DNA of 63,137 nt, the filler included, from Blastocystis sp. subtype 4 (Eukaryota), in the NCBI RefSeq assembly GCF_000743755.1. It is 3 parts of 3 records of this genome, joined end to end, with 100 filler letters (N's around TTAATTAATTAA, not from the genome) between each part and the next. Parts side by side here need not be neighbours in the genome. Positions count along the whole stretch, not along the records: positions 1 to 23,960 come from NW_014569380.1; positions 24,061 to 47,939 come from NW_014569379.1; 1 more part is not named here. One strand, 5' to 3'. How positions within the stretch are numbered: position 1 is the stretch's first letter; every line of letters begins with the position of its first letter. The position numbers and the translations under genes were made by a program. Positions 13,101 through 24,839 of this stretch are shown piece by piece. The notes under the pieces were generated by a model that was given only the letters and a program-made list of their open reading frames with translations, was not told where the DNA came from and did not search any database.

Positions 13101-15242
13101 CATTTGTAGGTTGTAATGTTATAGCCACTACTCGACAACGACTCAGTATGCTTCCTCGTCATCCTGAAAATGCAATTACAGCAATTGCAAATCAGATTCA
13201 ACATATGTCAGAGATTCACTGGGATGATTTCAGTTACATGTTGTTCACATCTGAAGAAGAACAGAGAACCATTGACAATTCTGGTGTCTATGTGATTCAT
13301 GAGAAAGATAATGGTATTGGTCATTACTTGGATCTGGTGACAGGATCCTACTATCAACATCATAATCACTATGGAATGGGGCGCTTTCCATATGCTGGAT
13401 TCTATGGTGTGATTCCAGCAATTCACCAGATTATCAAATTCAACCTTCTAAATCATCCTCTTCTTGAGAACATTCGTCAAGGGAATTGGCTTATAGATTA
13501 TCTCCTCCAGCGTCTCACGAAACGTCCTGGACTGCAATGGCTATATCTGATTCTCTTAGATGAGATGAACTACATCAAACAGTGTCCTCGAAATACACGT
13601 CCAGTGAAATTCTGTCGACTTATGCATCACCTTGATCAGTCATCTCACATACTTCATCTTATTTGTAGAGTATTTGTTCGTGAGATTGGAAGGAAACTTG
13701 GAGCTCCTCCAGACAATATCACTCTTTGTCGATTAGCAGTTGCCACCCTTCAATTCACTCAGCGTCTTCCTCAAGACTCAATTCCGCCGATTCTTGCGGG
13801 AATTCCTCACTTCACTGTGGGAATCATGCGGAACTGGGGACGAGACACATTTATCGCTGCTCCCGGAATCTTATTGGCCACAAATCGATTACAAGAGGCA
13901 AAGGAGATTATAGTAGCTTATGGAGCAGCAGCACGTCATGGTCTCATCTGTAATCTATTCGCTGATGGTATTGTTCCTCGGTTCAATAGTCGAGATGCTG
14001 TATGGTGGTGGTTGAGAGTGAGTTCTTGTCTTGTCATTTCATTATAGTTTGTTCAATTGTATTCTCAGTCTGCAGACATCTCGATTCTTCAAGAGCAGGT
14101 GAATATGCGATATGAATCCAGAATAATGACGATCGAAGATGTAATTCAGTGGATGCTTCAATGTCTCGGTGATGGTATTGACTTCATTGAGTGGGGAGCT
14201 CCTTCTATTGACATATCCTTCTATCTCTATTATAGTAGTCCCTTCACAGAACGAATACATGACATCGGAAGGTTTTCATGTTCAAGTGAGTGTTGATAGT
14301 ACAACTGGATTTGTTCAAGGAGGTAATCGTTGGAATTGTGGAACATGGATGGATAAGATGGGGAGTTATGATGATGGAATCCATTCGAATCGAGGTCATC
14401 CTGCAACGTATGGATTCATTGTCTCTCTTAATTGTAGACCCCGAGATGGTTCTGCTGTAGAACTGGTAGCACTTCAGTTCTCCACTTTATCCTGGTTGCA
14501 AACACTACATGAGCAAGGACACTATCGCTATGATGGCATTGAAGTAATAGTGGAAAAGAAGAGAGAAAAATGGACATTCAAAGAATGGTGTAGAAAGATC
14601 CAAGAAGCCTTTGAACCATCATTCTTCTTAAAGACTCCTCAGGATGTGTACTACAAGGATACATATCATCCAGAGGAAATCCCATCAGATTCTGAGCTCC
14701 GCCCAAACTATGTAAGAATGAGTATTTCGGTTGTCAGATAGATGATTGCAATAGCTATTGCTCCTACTCTATTCAATCATGATCATGCAGTTCTTGCCTT
14801 ACAAACGGGTGTGAAAAAGCTCTTTGGAGGTATCTCGCAATTGGGTGTCAAGACATTGGCACCAAACGATAGTCGATATCGATGCTATTACGACAATTCG
14901 ATGAGTTATCATGGTGATTTGGAAGTATGTAACGGCTTCAGTTATCACAATGTGAAAATGGATAGTGTGGATCATTTGTAGGGACCAGAATGGTTATGGC
15001 CTACTGGTTTCATTCTTGAAGCATTGGATTACTTTCCACCAACATGGCTTCGCGATGACTCTCTTCAGTATCAGTGTAGTCTCATTCATGACCAATTGCT
15101 GTATTTGAAGAATGATGAATGGATGTCGTTACCAGAAATGACGAACCATGATGGAGAGTATAATGGTTATTCTTGTAGAGCTCAGGCATGGTCGGTTGGA
15201 TGTTTGTTATGGTTTCTACTAAAGAGAAGTGTTAATAAATGA
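10160..15242 (+). CDS. AGL: Glycogen debranching enzyme (4-alpha-glucanotransferase/amylo-1,6-glucosidase, spliced)
   Basis: Motifs [69 protein letters not shown] and QAWS. Confidence 0.93.
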
Positions 15243-16358
15243 AGTGTTTGTTCGAATCCATTGTTGGGAGTGTTGTTTCCATCTAATAGTATCTTTGTGA
15301 TCAGATTGAGACAATCTCTTGGTCTGTGTTGGCAACAAATATGAGAATAGCCAAACAATGAATTCAGTTGTGTTTTCATCTCTTCTTCATTATCAGTAGA
15401 CTGAAGAATCTTCAATATCGATCGTTCTTTCGTAATGTCAACAGGACATGACTTACAGATGAAGGCAAGACAAACCTATAACAGTAATCTGACCGATATG
15501 AATATACTGGAGACGAAATACCAAACTTCCTGCAGTCATGATTCCCACAGACACCTTTTAATGCAAAACAATCTCGAATTCGTGTTTCATTCCATGTAAA
15601 GTGATCGTCAACCTTTATATATCCTTTCCTAGTCATGAGCAATCACAATGGAGTATTACCGACACTCTGAGCACAGAGGCCTTACCACAAAGTTAGGATT
15701 TTCACATTTGCATCGTGGACATGGAAGATACAGGAATGAGCGCTGAAACGGTTGATCAAGGAGAGAATGGAACTACATGCTATCCTATTCAAGTCCATAC
15801 ATCTCTCCGAACTGCATGAATGATTGACATATAATTGACATGAGCACTTGAGACAGTATCATTGTCATTTACCACATTATCATTCATAAGAATAATATAG
15901 TCGATTGGATTTATATGAGCTAATTTCTTCAACTCAAGGAATTATAGCAATCCTACTTGTAGATTCACTTTCAATTGTCTCCATGTTGTACTCATTCCGT
16001 ATGGAACACTTACAGATTTATGTCCATCAAGTTTAATCAGTATTTTGGATTCAAGAAGTCGTTCATTGGATTTCTGCACAGTTCCTTTTGGAACAAATCC
16101 TTTTGCAGCACAAATAACACGACTACAATAGTTTAACCCAATTTCCTCGATTGTTGATGTATCTGAACATGGTCTTCCTGCATTCACAATCTTCATGGAT
16201 TCAGCAGGAAAATCCATGACTTTCTACCATTGAACACGCATATCTACAACTACAGACAACTTTGTTTTCATATCGCCAATGGTATCGTTCATATGCACTG
16301 AAACAGATACGTTATATTTTGCAGGCATAATACAGACAGAGAGATTTAATTCTGCCAT
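15182..16358 (-). CDS. Ubiquitin-like domain protein (spliced); 3' end uncertain
   Basis: N-terminus MAELNLSVCIMPAKYNVSVSVHMNDTIGDMKTKL|...MKIVNAGRPCSDTSTIEEIGL resembles a UBL fold. Confidence 0.55.
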
Positions 16359-16399
16359 AAGTTAAGAATAGTATGTTTAGAAAACAACAGAAAATTCAC

Positions 16400-17366
16400 T
16401 TATTGTACAAATCTAGCAATACTAGCGATTGCCGTCTTTACTTCCTCTGGAACATCCGGTTGAAGTGAATACTGCAATACTGGAGGAAGTACTTTGGTAA
16501 GACTGTCCTCCACTTCTTCTTTCGTAAAGCTCTGTCTATCCAGCGACAGAATTCCACCAACCAACAAGAGAGAAGCTTCTTTGATATCAACATCACTGTG
16601 GTTAAGATAGACAGCTGCAAGATGATTTACAAATTCAGCAGATAGGAAATTCCTCTAATCCTAACCATACAATCAAACACCTACAAGGAATGCAGCCTGA
16701 GAATGAAGTAACTGATTGAGAAGGAAGAGACATTTTCGGATCACTGGTACAGTACTTTCTTTCTCAAAGAGGATCGTCTTCAGTACATTGAGCCCATGTA
16801 AGAAGAGGAAAGATTGTTCAGCAGGACCATATCCAGAAATCATAGAAGAAATGCACCTTATGAGTCTGGCCTGAAAGGTTGGATCCTTGGTGGTTCGTAG
16901 AGCATCTACAAGTGTAGGAAGAACCTTTGCATCCAGCAGAATCTTCTGGACAACAGGCTGATTCTGAGCTGCAGTTCCCAGAAGTGACAAGCAAGCTAAA
17001 CGGACCTCTTGACTCTCCGTAGTATGGAGAAGATTAGTAACAAACTGATATCCTTCTAAGTTTTGAAAATCTCTTGCGTTATCTAGGTTCTCCAAAAAAG
17101 TTTCCAAATCTTCCAATAATGCGACAGTCGTACCCTCATCGATCCCAGGAGCCTTTAGTGACTCCAGACACTTCTTCATTCGCTGAGCATCACTAATACA
17201 AGCCTCCTCCATCGCCTTTTCAAAGAATTCCTGATCCTACCGATAATTCTACACATTTGCACAATCCTACCTCTTTTGACATGGGTTTCACTTCACTCGG
17301 CTTAGTCCCGTCATTCTGCTGAAGCGACCATTTCAATACTCCTAAATAGTTACCGTACTTTTCCAT
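16400..17366 (-). CDS. HSPBP1: Hsp70 nucleotide exchange factor (HspBP1/Fes1-like, spliced)
   Basis: LGVLKWSL...KPMSKE|DQEFLKKAM, LENLDNARDF and LGTAAQNQPVVQ; ARM-repeat pattern. Confidence 0.88.
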
Positions 17367-17590
17367 GAATATGAATAATAGTGAAAGTTTAGAGAACTTG
17401 AGAATGATCTAGAAAGTTCGGAAGTATCGTTCCTCGGTTTTTGAGTCCCGTAGATCTAGGTGAAAACGAGAGATAAGAAAGGAAGAGTAAGGAGGAAGAG
17501 TGTTGATGATTCCAAAATAAGAATAAAGACTCATAGAATGATTATAAGAAAACAGATAAACTAAACGAGATAACCTCCTTGGAAGCAGAA

Positions 17591-17774
17591 TTACAGGTTC
17601 TCAAGAAGAGTCGGACTAAACATCACAAAATGATCCGTTTCCTACATTACACGAATAATAGCAGCAAGAGATGCAACAATGACAACATCCTTGAACATCT
17701 TCTTTCTGGATTGCTTCATACTCTGTTTTTTCATATCCTATAACTTAGAGTTCATCGATAAAGAAAACAACCAT
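17591..17774 (-). CDS. Putative Tom5-like small TOM complex subunit (39 aa, 2 introns)
   Basis: Removing introns 17738-17771 and 17616-17645 gives MDMKKQSMKQSRKKMFKDVVIVASLAAIIRVIPTLLENL*. Confidence 0.6.
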
Positions 17775-18007
17775 GGTTACAAAGGAATTGTATGATCAGA
17801 ATTGGCATAATGGGGATCTATTGGCTCTAAATACTGTAGGGATGGAACATCATCTTCGAAAGAAAGGGCCCTGAAAGGAATGACAGAACACGGCAGAATC
17901 CAGATTGATAATTGAATAGAGAATTCGTGTGATCATCTAGCATTTCTCGTCCGATGTGGAAAACAAGTCATTCAGATTTCGAGTATATTGCACAGATCTT
18001 AGTAGCC

Positions 18008-18542
18008 ATGATCAAGTTTTTCCTTCTTGTGAATAAGATTGGTCAAACGCGTCTTGCCAAATACTACGAATTTATGGATCTTAACGAGCGTGTATTGCTG
18101 GAGGGAGAATGTGTCCGAAAGTGTTTAGGAGTTAAGGACACAAGTGTAGGATCTAGTTTTGGGTGGTAATGCACAGAGCAACGTGGTTGAGCTGAGACAA
18201 TACAAACTGATCTTCAGACGTTATGCCTCTCTTTATTTCATCGTGGGACTTGATATTAATGGAGACGATGTAAGAGAAAGGATGGTTTAATAGGTGTAGA
18301 ATGAAATGGGCATTTATGAGTTCATTCATTGCTATGTTGAGACTTTAAATGCTGTGTTTGGTAATGTATGTGAACTTGATGTAGGAGAAGGCATGTTACG
18401 TGATGGCTAGATTATGTTCAACCTGGATCGTTCTCATTTCATCTTAGATGAAATGGTTGCAAATGGAGAGGTTGTCGATGTAAACAGACAGAATATCCTC
18501 CGTCCTTTGACACTTATGGAGAAGGCAAGAAACAAATGTTAA
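18008..18542 (+). CDS. AP4S1: Adaptor complex sigma subunit, most like AP-4 sigma (3 introns)
   Basis: [43 protein letters not shown] and [22 protein letters not shown]. Confidence 0.85.
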
Positions 18543-18567
18543 CGCTGTTGCATTGTACACTGTTTGT

Positions 18568-20547
18568 TTAATCCTGTTGCTCATAATAGTCTGCCACTTG
18601 CCGTAGCTCGTTTGCTTGTCGAAGCACATCATTTAGAACCGATTCAAATGACAGAGAAGAAGTATCCGAAATTTGTGTTGTATACGATGATAAAGTCTGT
18701 GTTGGCAGAGTTGATGGTGATAGCGACGTAAATGAAGGTGACTTTGTATCAATCGGAGCAGTTGTTCGTTGTGGTGTACTCTGAGTTGACAGAGAGGTAG
18801 CAACGAACGGATGATTACTTGGGAGTGGATAACTATACCCACCCTTCTACCACTAAGATGAATAAAACAAATCTACATGCTGTGGATTGGAAGATTGATA
18901 TGTTGGTAAATTAGGTTGAACTGAAGGAATAGTTGCTGATGGAGGAGGAATGGAGGTTCCCTCAGGTACTGATGCCTCTTCATCTTCTGTTGCTTTGCGA
19001 ACTGCTTCTACCAACTTTTCCTTCCATTGACGCTCTGCTGCTTCCATCTGACCCTCCTTCTGCTTTAGCATGTTTGTCAAATACACATTCTCCCTCATCA
19101 ATTCTTCAAATGATTTCTGACTTTTTGGCATCATTCCTTTGTATGTTAAAATCGAAGCACGAGCCACTTCCGCATCTGAAGCTAATTGCGAACACTACGA
19201 TTCATTCTTGCATTCATATCATTCTTGACGAGCCAATCGATCGTTATCTGCTTTCACTTCCGCATATCGTAGATATAGTTGGTGATAACTCAGTTTCAAT
19301 GAATCATATTCCTGTAACAACAACTGATATCGTTCAACTTCGTTTCGCATCAATCCTTCCCAATGGGAGTGTTGTAATCGCTCTGCCTACAGATTACTCT
19401 TCTTCTCGACTTCAACCTCGTAATCCAATTGCAACTTATTTAATTTATCATTACAATCAATATTCTGACTCTCAAGGAGATGCACTTCCCGTTTCAAATC
19501 ATCAACCAGAATTGAGAGGCTATTCCTCCGTTCAACTGCATCCGAGAGTTGTTGCTGGAGAGAAACAACTGAATCATTGCTCTTCCGTAAGGCACATTCT
19601 ACACGGAAGTATTCCTTTTCAAGAGATTCCCGTTCTTGTCGACACCGCATCAACTCTTGTTTCACTGCAAGATGAGATGAACGAGTTTGTTGAAGTTCAT
19701 TCGAATGATGAAGAGATTCTTCTTTGAGAGTCTGAATAGAGCGAGAAAGTTCCTCGCATTGGATCTACATGATATACCATACATTCACGTACTTGAGACG
19801 ACTCATACTCTTGTACACGATCTGTCAACTGAGCCAATTGTTTTCGCTGCTTTAGAATTACAGCATCACGCTGAATCAATAACTCACCCAACTTCAAATT
19901 CTTTTTCTTCAACGAAGCATTCTCCTTCACCTTTGAAACAAGGTCCAGTTCCAGTTTTGATTTCTCTTCAAACAACTGACTCTTATCGAAACAAATATCA
20001 ATCGGAGGTGAATCCTGCGGACATGTTGCCTTCAAGTGATTCAATTCTTTCTCCTTTTCTTGAGAAAGATCTACCAATCGCGATTTCAACTAAACCTAAT
20101 CAAGTCAAATTGGTCTCACCTGGTTATTCTCATTAAGAATAAAATCAACTTGACTCTGTAACGTTTCCAAAGAACATCTCAATTCTGCATTCTCCCTTCG
20201 AATTGCATCACTCTCTGTTACTATTCATAATCAATCCATATGAATCAATACAAAGGACACTGGCCGCTTCTGTAAGTGTGGGATTTGAATAAGATGTGGA
20301 ATTCCGTTGTTGATCCCTTGATTTTGAATTCTATGTTTTAATGTGAACTAGAACAGTGACTTCTGAGAGTATTGTTCCATCAGTTCCATTTTCATCTCCA
20401 CTCATGTCAGATCCTTCTGTAATTGAAACAAAATCGCCTGTAGAATCTGCTCTCTATGTTTCATCTAACAAACTCAATACCAACAGAAGAGTTTGCGTTA
20501 CTTTGATTTTCGGTCTTTTCCAAAGTAGTAGAATCAGTTTCACTCAT
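18568..20547 (-). CDS. Hypothetical coiled-coil protein (spliced)
   Basis: A chain of E/K/L-rich heptad ORFs joined by ~30-nt introns, with an S/T/P-rich tail ending YEQQD*. Confidence 0.6.
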
Positions 20548-20570
20548 ATGAATGAAAGCAAATTATCATT

Positions 20571-21851
20571 ATGACTGAATCGTTTTCTCGTCCAGAGTGG
20601 CTTCAGTTCATTGAATGCCCATTTCAGAGAAGCGAAGGATATAAAGGACGATATAAGGAAACCATTTCTTATAGTCCTCCTGGAAAGCCTTATTGTGGTG
20701 GATCAAACGTGATTCCAAAGGATCATCCATCCTATTTACTTCGAAAACAAATCAGCGATGTCCTTGATTGTCTTCCAGCTAAAAAGGATGTATTTCCAGG
20801 AAATACACAGACTTCAAAACTCCACCAATATGAAAAGTTGAATAACCGATTGATTTCTACCATTTGTGATGGTCAGGTGGATCCAAAGCATGAAATTGTT
20901 ACGGTACATGATGATAATTCATTCGAATCAAAACAACCCTCTTTTGATGAGATGCAGGTACTAGCTGACTATCTTATTCCTTCACATTCTGGGTTCTTCA
21001 ATGGAGATGTCCGTACCTTTTTGAAGAGAAACTGTTCCATGTCCTTTGACATCGTATGGACGGGAATCAAGCGTAACAAGTAGATTGAAATAGACCCTCC
21101 ATGGCCTAGTAAGAGTGTGAATCGAGCTCGTCTCTATTCCAAGCGATCACAGGATTGGAGTGTCATCGATGAAGTCTTTTCATCCTTCAGTCCATCCAGA
21201 TTATGCAATGAAAACTGTTACATTCTTGTGTGGATCACAAATAACCCTGTGTGTATGGAGCATGTGTTGTAGGTGCTATCAACACACGTAATTTCTAGTC
21301 GATTCTTCGCAGAGAAGGATATTACTCACATTACAACGGCCTATTGGGTGAAGGTCACTTCAGAAGGTGCTCCTCTCGTCCCTCTTTCTTGCCCTACTAG
21401 GGAGACGTATCTTCATTTGGTTATCTTATCCCTTAGTTTTGAACGTGTTGTGGTAGGTCAGTATTCTCAACACGAAACAGAATCATCCAAACGACATTGT
21501 ATTATCACAGAATCCTATTTGTGGTCGTGTGCTCATGAAGTAAAACAGCTTTCTGGTGAGTCAAAGGGTCGTTCTTGCACAGTTTGTACTCATCAATGTG
21601 AAGTCAACAGAATTCCCTTTATCATATCAACAGTTTCCTTCCATTCACGAAAGCCGAACTGTGAGCAGTTTTCGTTTCTGTAGGAGCTGATTCCCATTTT
21701 CATGCAAAGTCATCTTCCATCTTCATTTCAGGGACTAGAGCTGTTTTCTCGTCAGTTGCGGCCACATTGGTACTCCGTTGGGAATGAAGTCCTTCTTTTC
21801 CAAAATAGTCGCCTATTCGAAGACTGTGCGAACCAAAAGTGTAATTCCTAA
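20571..21851 (+). CDS. METTL4: MT-A70 family N6-adenine methyltransferase, METTL4-like (spliced)
   Basis: FDI|IEIDPPWPSKSVNR, ILVWITN, YWVKVTSEG, HSRKP, LELFSRQL and WYSVGNEV. Confidence 0.8.
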
Positions 21852-22063
21852 TTTGATTGTTTATTAATAATGGAAACATGTTTTTTCGTTCAGCCAATCA
21901 GATTCTGAGATTGAAGAATGGCTCTTCTCTCATTCTTGACGCCGTTTGCCTTGCATCTAGCTGTCTCAACTCCTTGCTTCGTTCAACAGTTCCTAATTTT
22001 CTTTGATCTGCGTTTTTCTTCATACTTTAGAGGTCGGTGTGTTTGAGTCTCTTGATTCTCAGA

Positions 22064-23612
22064 ATGTCTGTGAAAGTAGTTGATAAAGAGAATCCACTAT
22101 ATCAGGACTCTGTAAATGATACCCCTGGGGAAGTTGTTGACGAGTTAGGGAGTTCATCGAATCGCTTCGATTACAATATTCACTTAGACGACCTTCAGGA
22201 TGGGAACGATGACAATGGGTTTATTTCTCCCGATAACAGTCTTTCTCCAAACCGTCCAAATCAAGGGGGACTAAATATGTGTACTGATCCCCTGAGTCAG
22301 GGCCGCTTGGGTCGAGAGAGTCGGGGTGGTGTTGACAGTGATTTGTATTCTTGTTCGTATCTTGGCGAAAATAGACGTGCTTTTTCTCCTTCGCTTCCAG
22401 GGACACGATACCGTGATATGGATCGTGATGGTGAGAGTTATTTGCAGGCAGAGATGGATTTCCGCTCTCCACGTTCTCGATATGATCTAGCATGTGGTCC
22501 TAGTCGGAATGGAAGGTATTCCCAATGGGATGAGTATTCCGGTAATGTGTATAACCAGTTATCTCCTCGTTATCGAATGGATTATGGTCGTTGGATAGAG
22601 CCTGAAGCTAATCTATCATTATACGATTACCAAGATCGGTATTTTAGTCCATCCCTCCGTGAACGAAGTCTTCTAGGATCCAAGCTTATTCAGTCTGAAA
22701 TGGATGGATATCCTTCTAGTTATACATATGGCATGCGTCAGCCCCGGAAGTACAGTGTGGGCTCTCCAACTGGTAACTACACTGTTAGTTTCTCTTCTTC
22801 ACTTCGTCCTCCTGAAGGTCGTGATGGAGTATACGATGATGTTCGTCCTAATGAAGGATCCTTCTCCAATCTCAGTAGTCCTCAGCCAATATATTCGTCA
22901 GTGCTCTCCGATCCGGGAAGCATAAATGACTTCTCTCTAGGCCGGGTTCAGCAGCCTCGCTCCTTCCGACCTCGTCCTCAGCCATCTCATCAAGCTCCTT
23001 CTCCTGGCTCCACTTCTGGGGTGAATTCGCCTATACCACTAACTGCATCCAAAGCGGTCCTTCCCGTTGATAAAGAAGCTCTGCCACAAGTGTCTCCCAT
23101 TTCGCCAATTTCTCCTTTATCTCCACCTCCAATTCAGAATGAAACCACTGATGACGATGTAAACTATCGTATTGATGCACAAGCTATCATGCAGAACCGC
23201 GAAGAACGTACTGTGGTTCTGATTCGAAACATTCCCAATCGATACAAATTGGAGGATTTGTCAAGAGTGATTGCATCTCACGTTGATGGTACAAGATACT
23301 CTCCTCGTTTTATGCATAGAAGAGTTTCGTGTCTTACGTCTTCCTATTGACGTATACACGAAGAGAAATCTTGGATACGCATTTGTTAATTTCAGCGATT
23401 CTCATGAAGTTTTGAAGTTGTATCTTGGTGTAAGAATGGACAGGAAGTGTGATCGTAGATGAGTGGACAACGATGGCCAAATTCCAATAGTCAGAAGACA
23501 TTCTATATGTGTTATGCAAAGAAGCAGGTAGGAAGAATGATTAGTGAGTGAGAGATAGAATTATGTGTTGTATGAGAACTCAAATGATGCCTCCGTATCC
23601 TCATATATGTAG
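22064..23612 (+). CDS. Mei2-like RNA-binding protein (C-terminal RRM3-type domain)
   Basis: RTVVLIRNIPNRY, LRLPIDVYTKRNLGYAFVNF and WPNSNSQK..MCYA follow a long low-complexity N-terminus. Confidence 0.82.
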
Positions 23613-23757
23613 TTGTTTGAATATGAATTCTCAACCATCTGTGTCGAATTGTTTTGCATTGGTTGTTCTTTCTGTTTGTTCATAATGATCAAGGAGATCA
23701 CTGAACAGGTTGTTTTCATGTCATCACTATTAATCGCTTGAACAGCTGAGAAATAAC

Positions 23758-23960
23758 ATGGGTATGTATAGAACAGTTTGTGTTGTCGTTTATTGACAAA
23801 TGAGCTTAATTTGAACTACTTGATGATTTGGTCCTTGCGTCGTATTTCATTCTAATCCAAGTGTAGGTATTTGCCGTGATTCTCGTCATAAGCGTCGTTT
23901 GACCGGAGGAAAGGTTGTGATTAACATCAAGAAGAGAAAGTTCGAGATGGGTCGTCAGCC
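23758..23960 (+). CDS. RPS8: 40S ribosomal protein S8 (eS8), 5' part, truncated by gap
   Basis: [17 protein letters not shown]...[11 protein letters not shown], with a 105-nt intron at 23762-23866. Confidence 0.93.
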
Positions 23961-24060
23961 NNNNNNNNNNNNNNNNNNNNNNNNNNNNNNNNNNNNNNNN
24001 NNNNTTAATTAATTAANNNNNNNNNNNNNNNNNNNNNNNNNNNNNNNNNNNNNNNNNNNN
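23961..24060. other. Assembly gap with artificial TTAATTAATTAA linker
   Basis: An N-run with a central 12-mer that places stops in all frames. Confidence 0.97.
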
Positions 24061-24710
24061 TGATTGCTTCAGGTGATCGAATTTATAACTATGGTGATTG
24101 TGACTATGGTTATGAAGGTGGTTCTTATCGTATCTGTTTCAATGGAACTCTTTCGGATCTTAACTATGGTGATTGTGTATTGCTTCCTCCTTCAGGACTC
24201 ACCTATGCTACAGACACACTCGTCATTTTCACTCCTTTCAAACTCATTCCTGTCATTACCAATCTTGTTTCATCATTTTCAATTGTTCCTTCACTTCCAG
24301 ATAGTCTCGTGTTCAACACTACTACAGGTGTGATTGAAGGTATAGCCACCGCGCCACTAGAGCAAATCTTTACTGTTACTGCCTTGAACACTGTTGGAAG
24401 TACCTCCTACGTGCTTCAATGGAACTTTGTTTATCCTCAATGTAAGGAGAATGGGTTGATTGGGGAATATGGAGAAGAATTCACTGTGAAGTGTTATTCT
24501 TGGTCATTTATTGGACAAAAATCACGTAGATGTAGTCTGGAGGGTGATTCTGTCAAATGGATAGATCTCCCAAATACCTGTGTTGGTATTCATGCTACTG
24601 TTTGTGGCGCTTGTATTCTTGTATGTGTCCTGTGTGTATTTATGGTTTTCTTTTTGAAACAGCGAGGTTCCAGTCAAGTTAAGGTGACAGTTGGTGAAGT
24701 CTACCTGTAG
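24061..24710 (+). CDS. Cys-rich/Ig-like (putative Ig, He_PIG-type) single-pass surface protein, 3' part
   Basis: PSLPDSLVFNTTTGVIEG is an Ig-like signature; there are Cys-rich segments and a C-terminal TM (ACILVCVLCVFMVFFL-KQR). Confidence 0.7.
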
Positions 24711-24839
24711 TGTTATCATATTCTGTATTGTTTGTAAGCGAAACAATATTGGAACGCAATCCATTATTCTATCCGATAATGACGATGAAACGCCCGATGT
24801 TGTCAATCATCACATTTCTCAGGAATTGTGAGTGTAATC

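Noticed and set aside
18933..20136. Long plus-strand ORFs (264 and 149 aa)
   Set aside because: They are antisense shadows of the minus-strand coiled-coil gene and show no recognisable motifs.
23684..23749. Possible C/D snoRNA upstream of RPS8 (ATGATC...CTGA...CTGA)
   Set aside because: Box C is imperfect, I recognise no rRNA guide, and it ends 8 nt before the ATG, so it is more likely promoter or 5' UTR.
24005..24016. TTAATTAATTAA palindrome (also 47984-47995)
   Set aside because: It is embedded in N-runs in both gaps, so it is an assembly linker and not biological.
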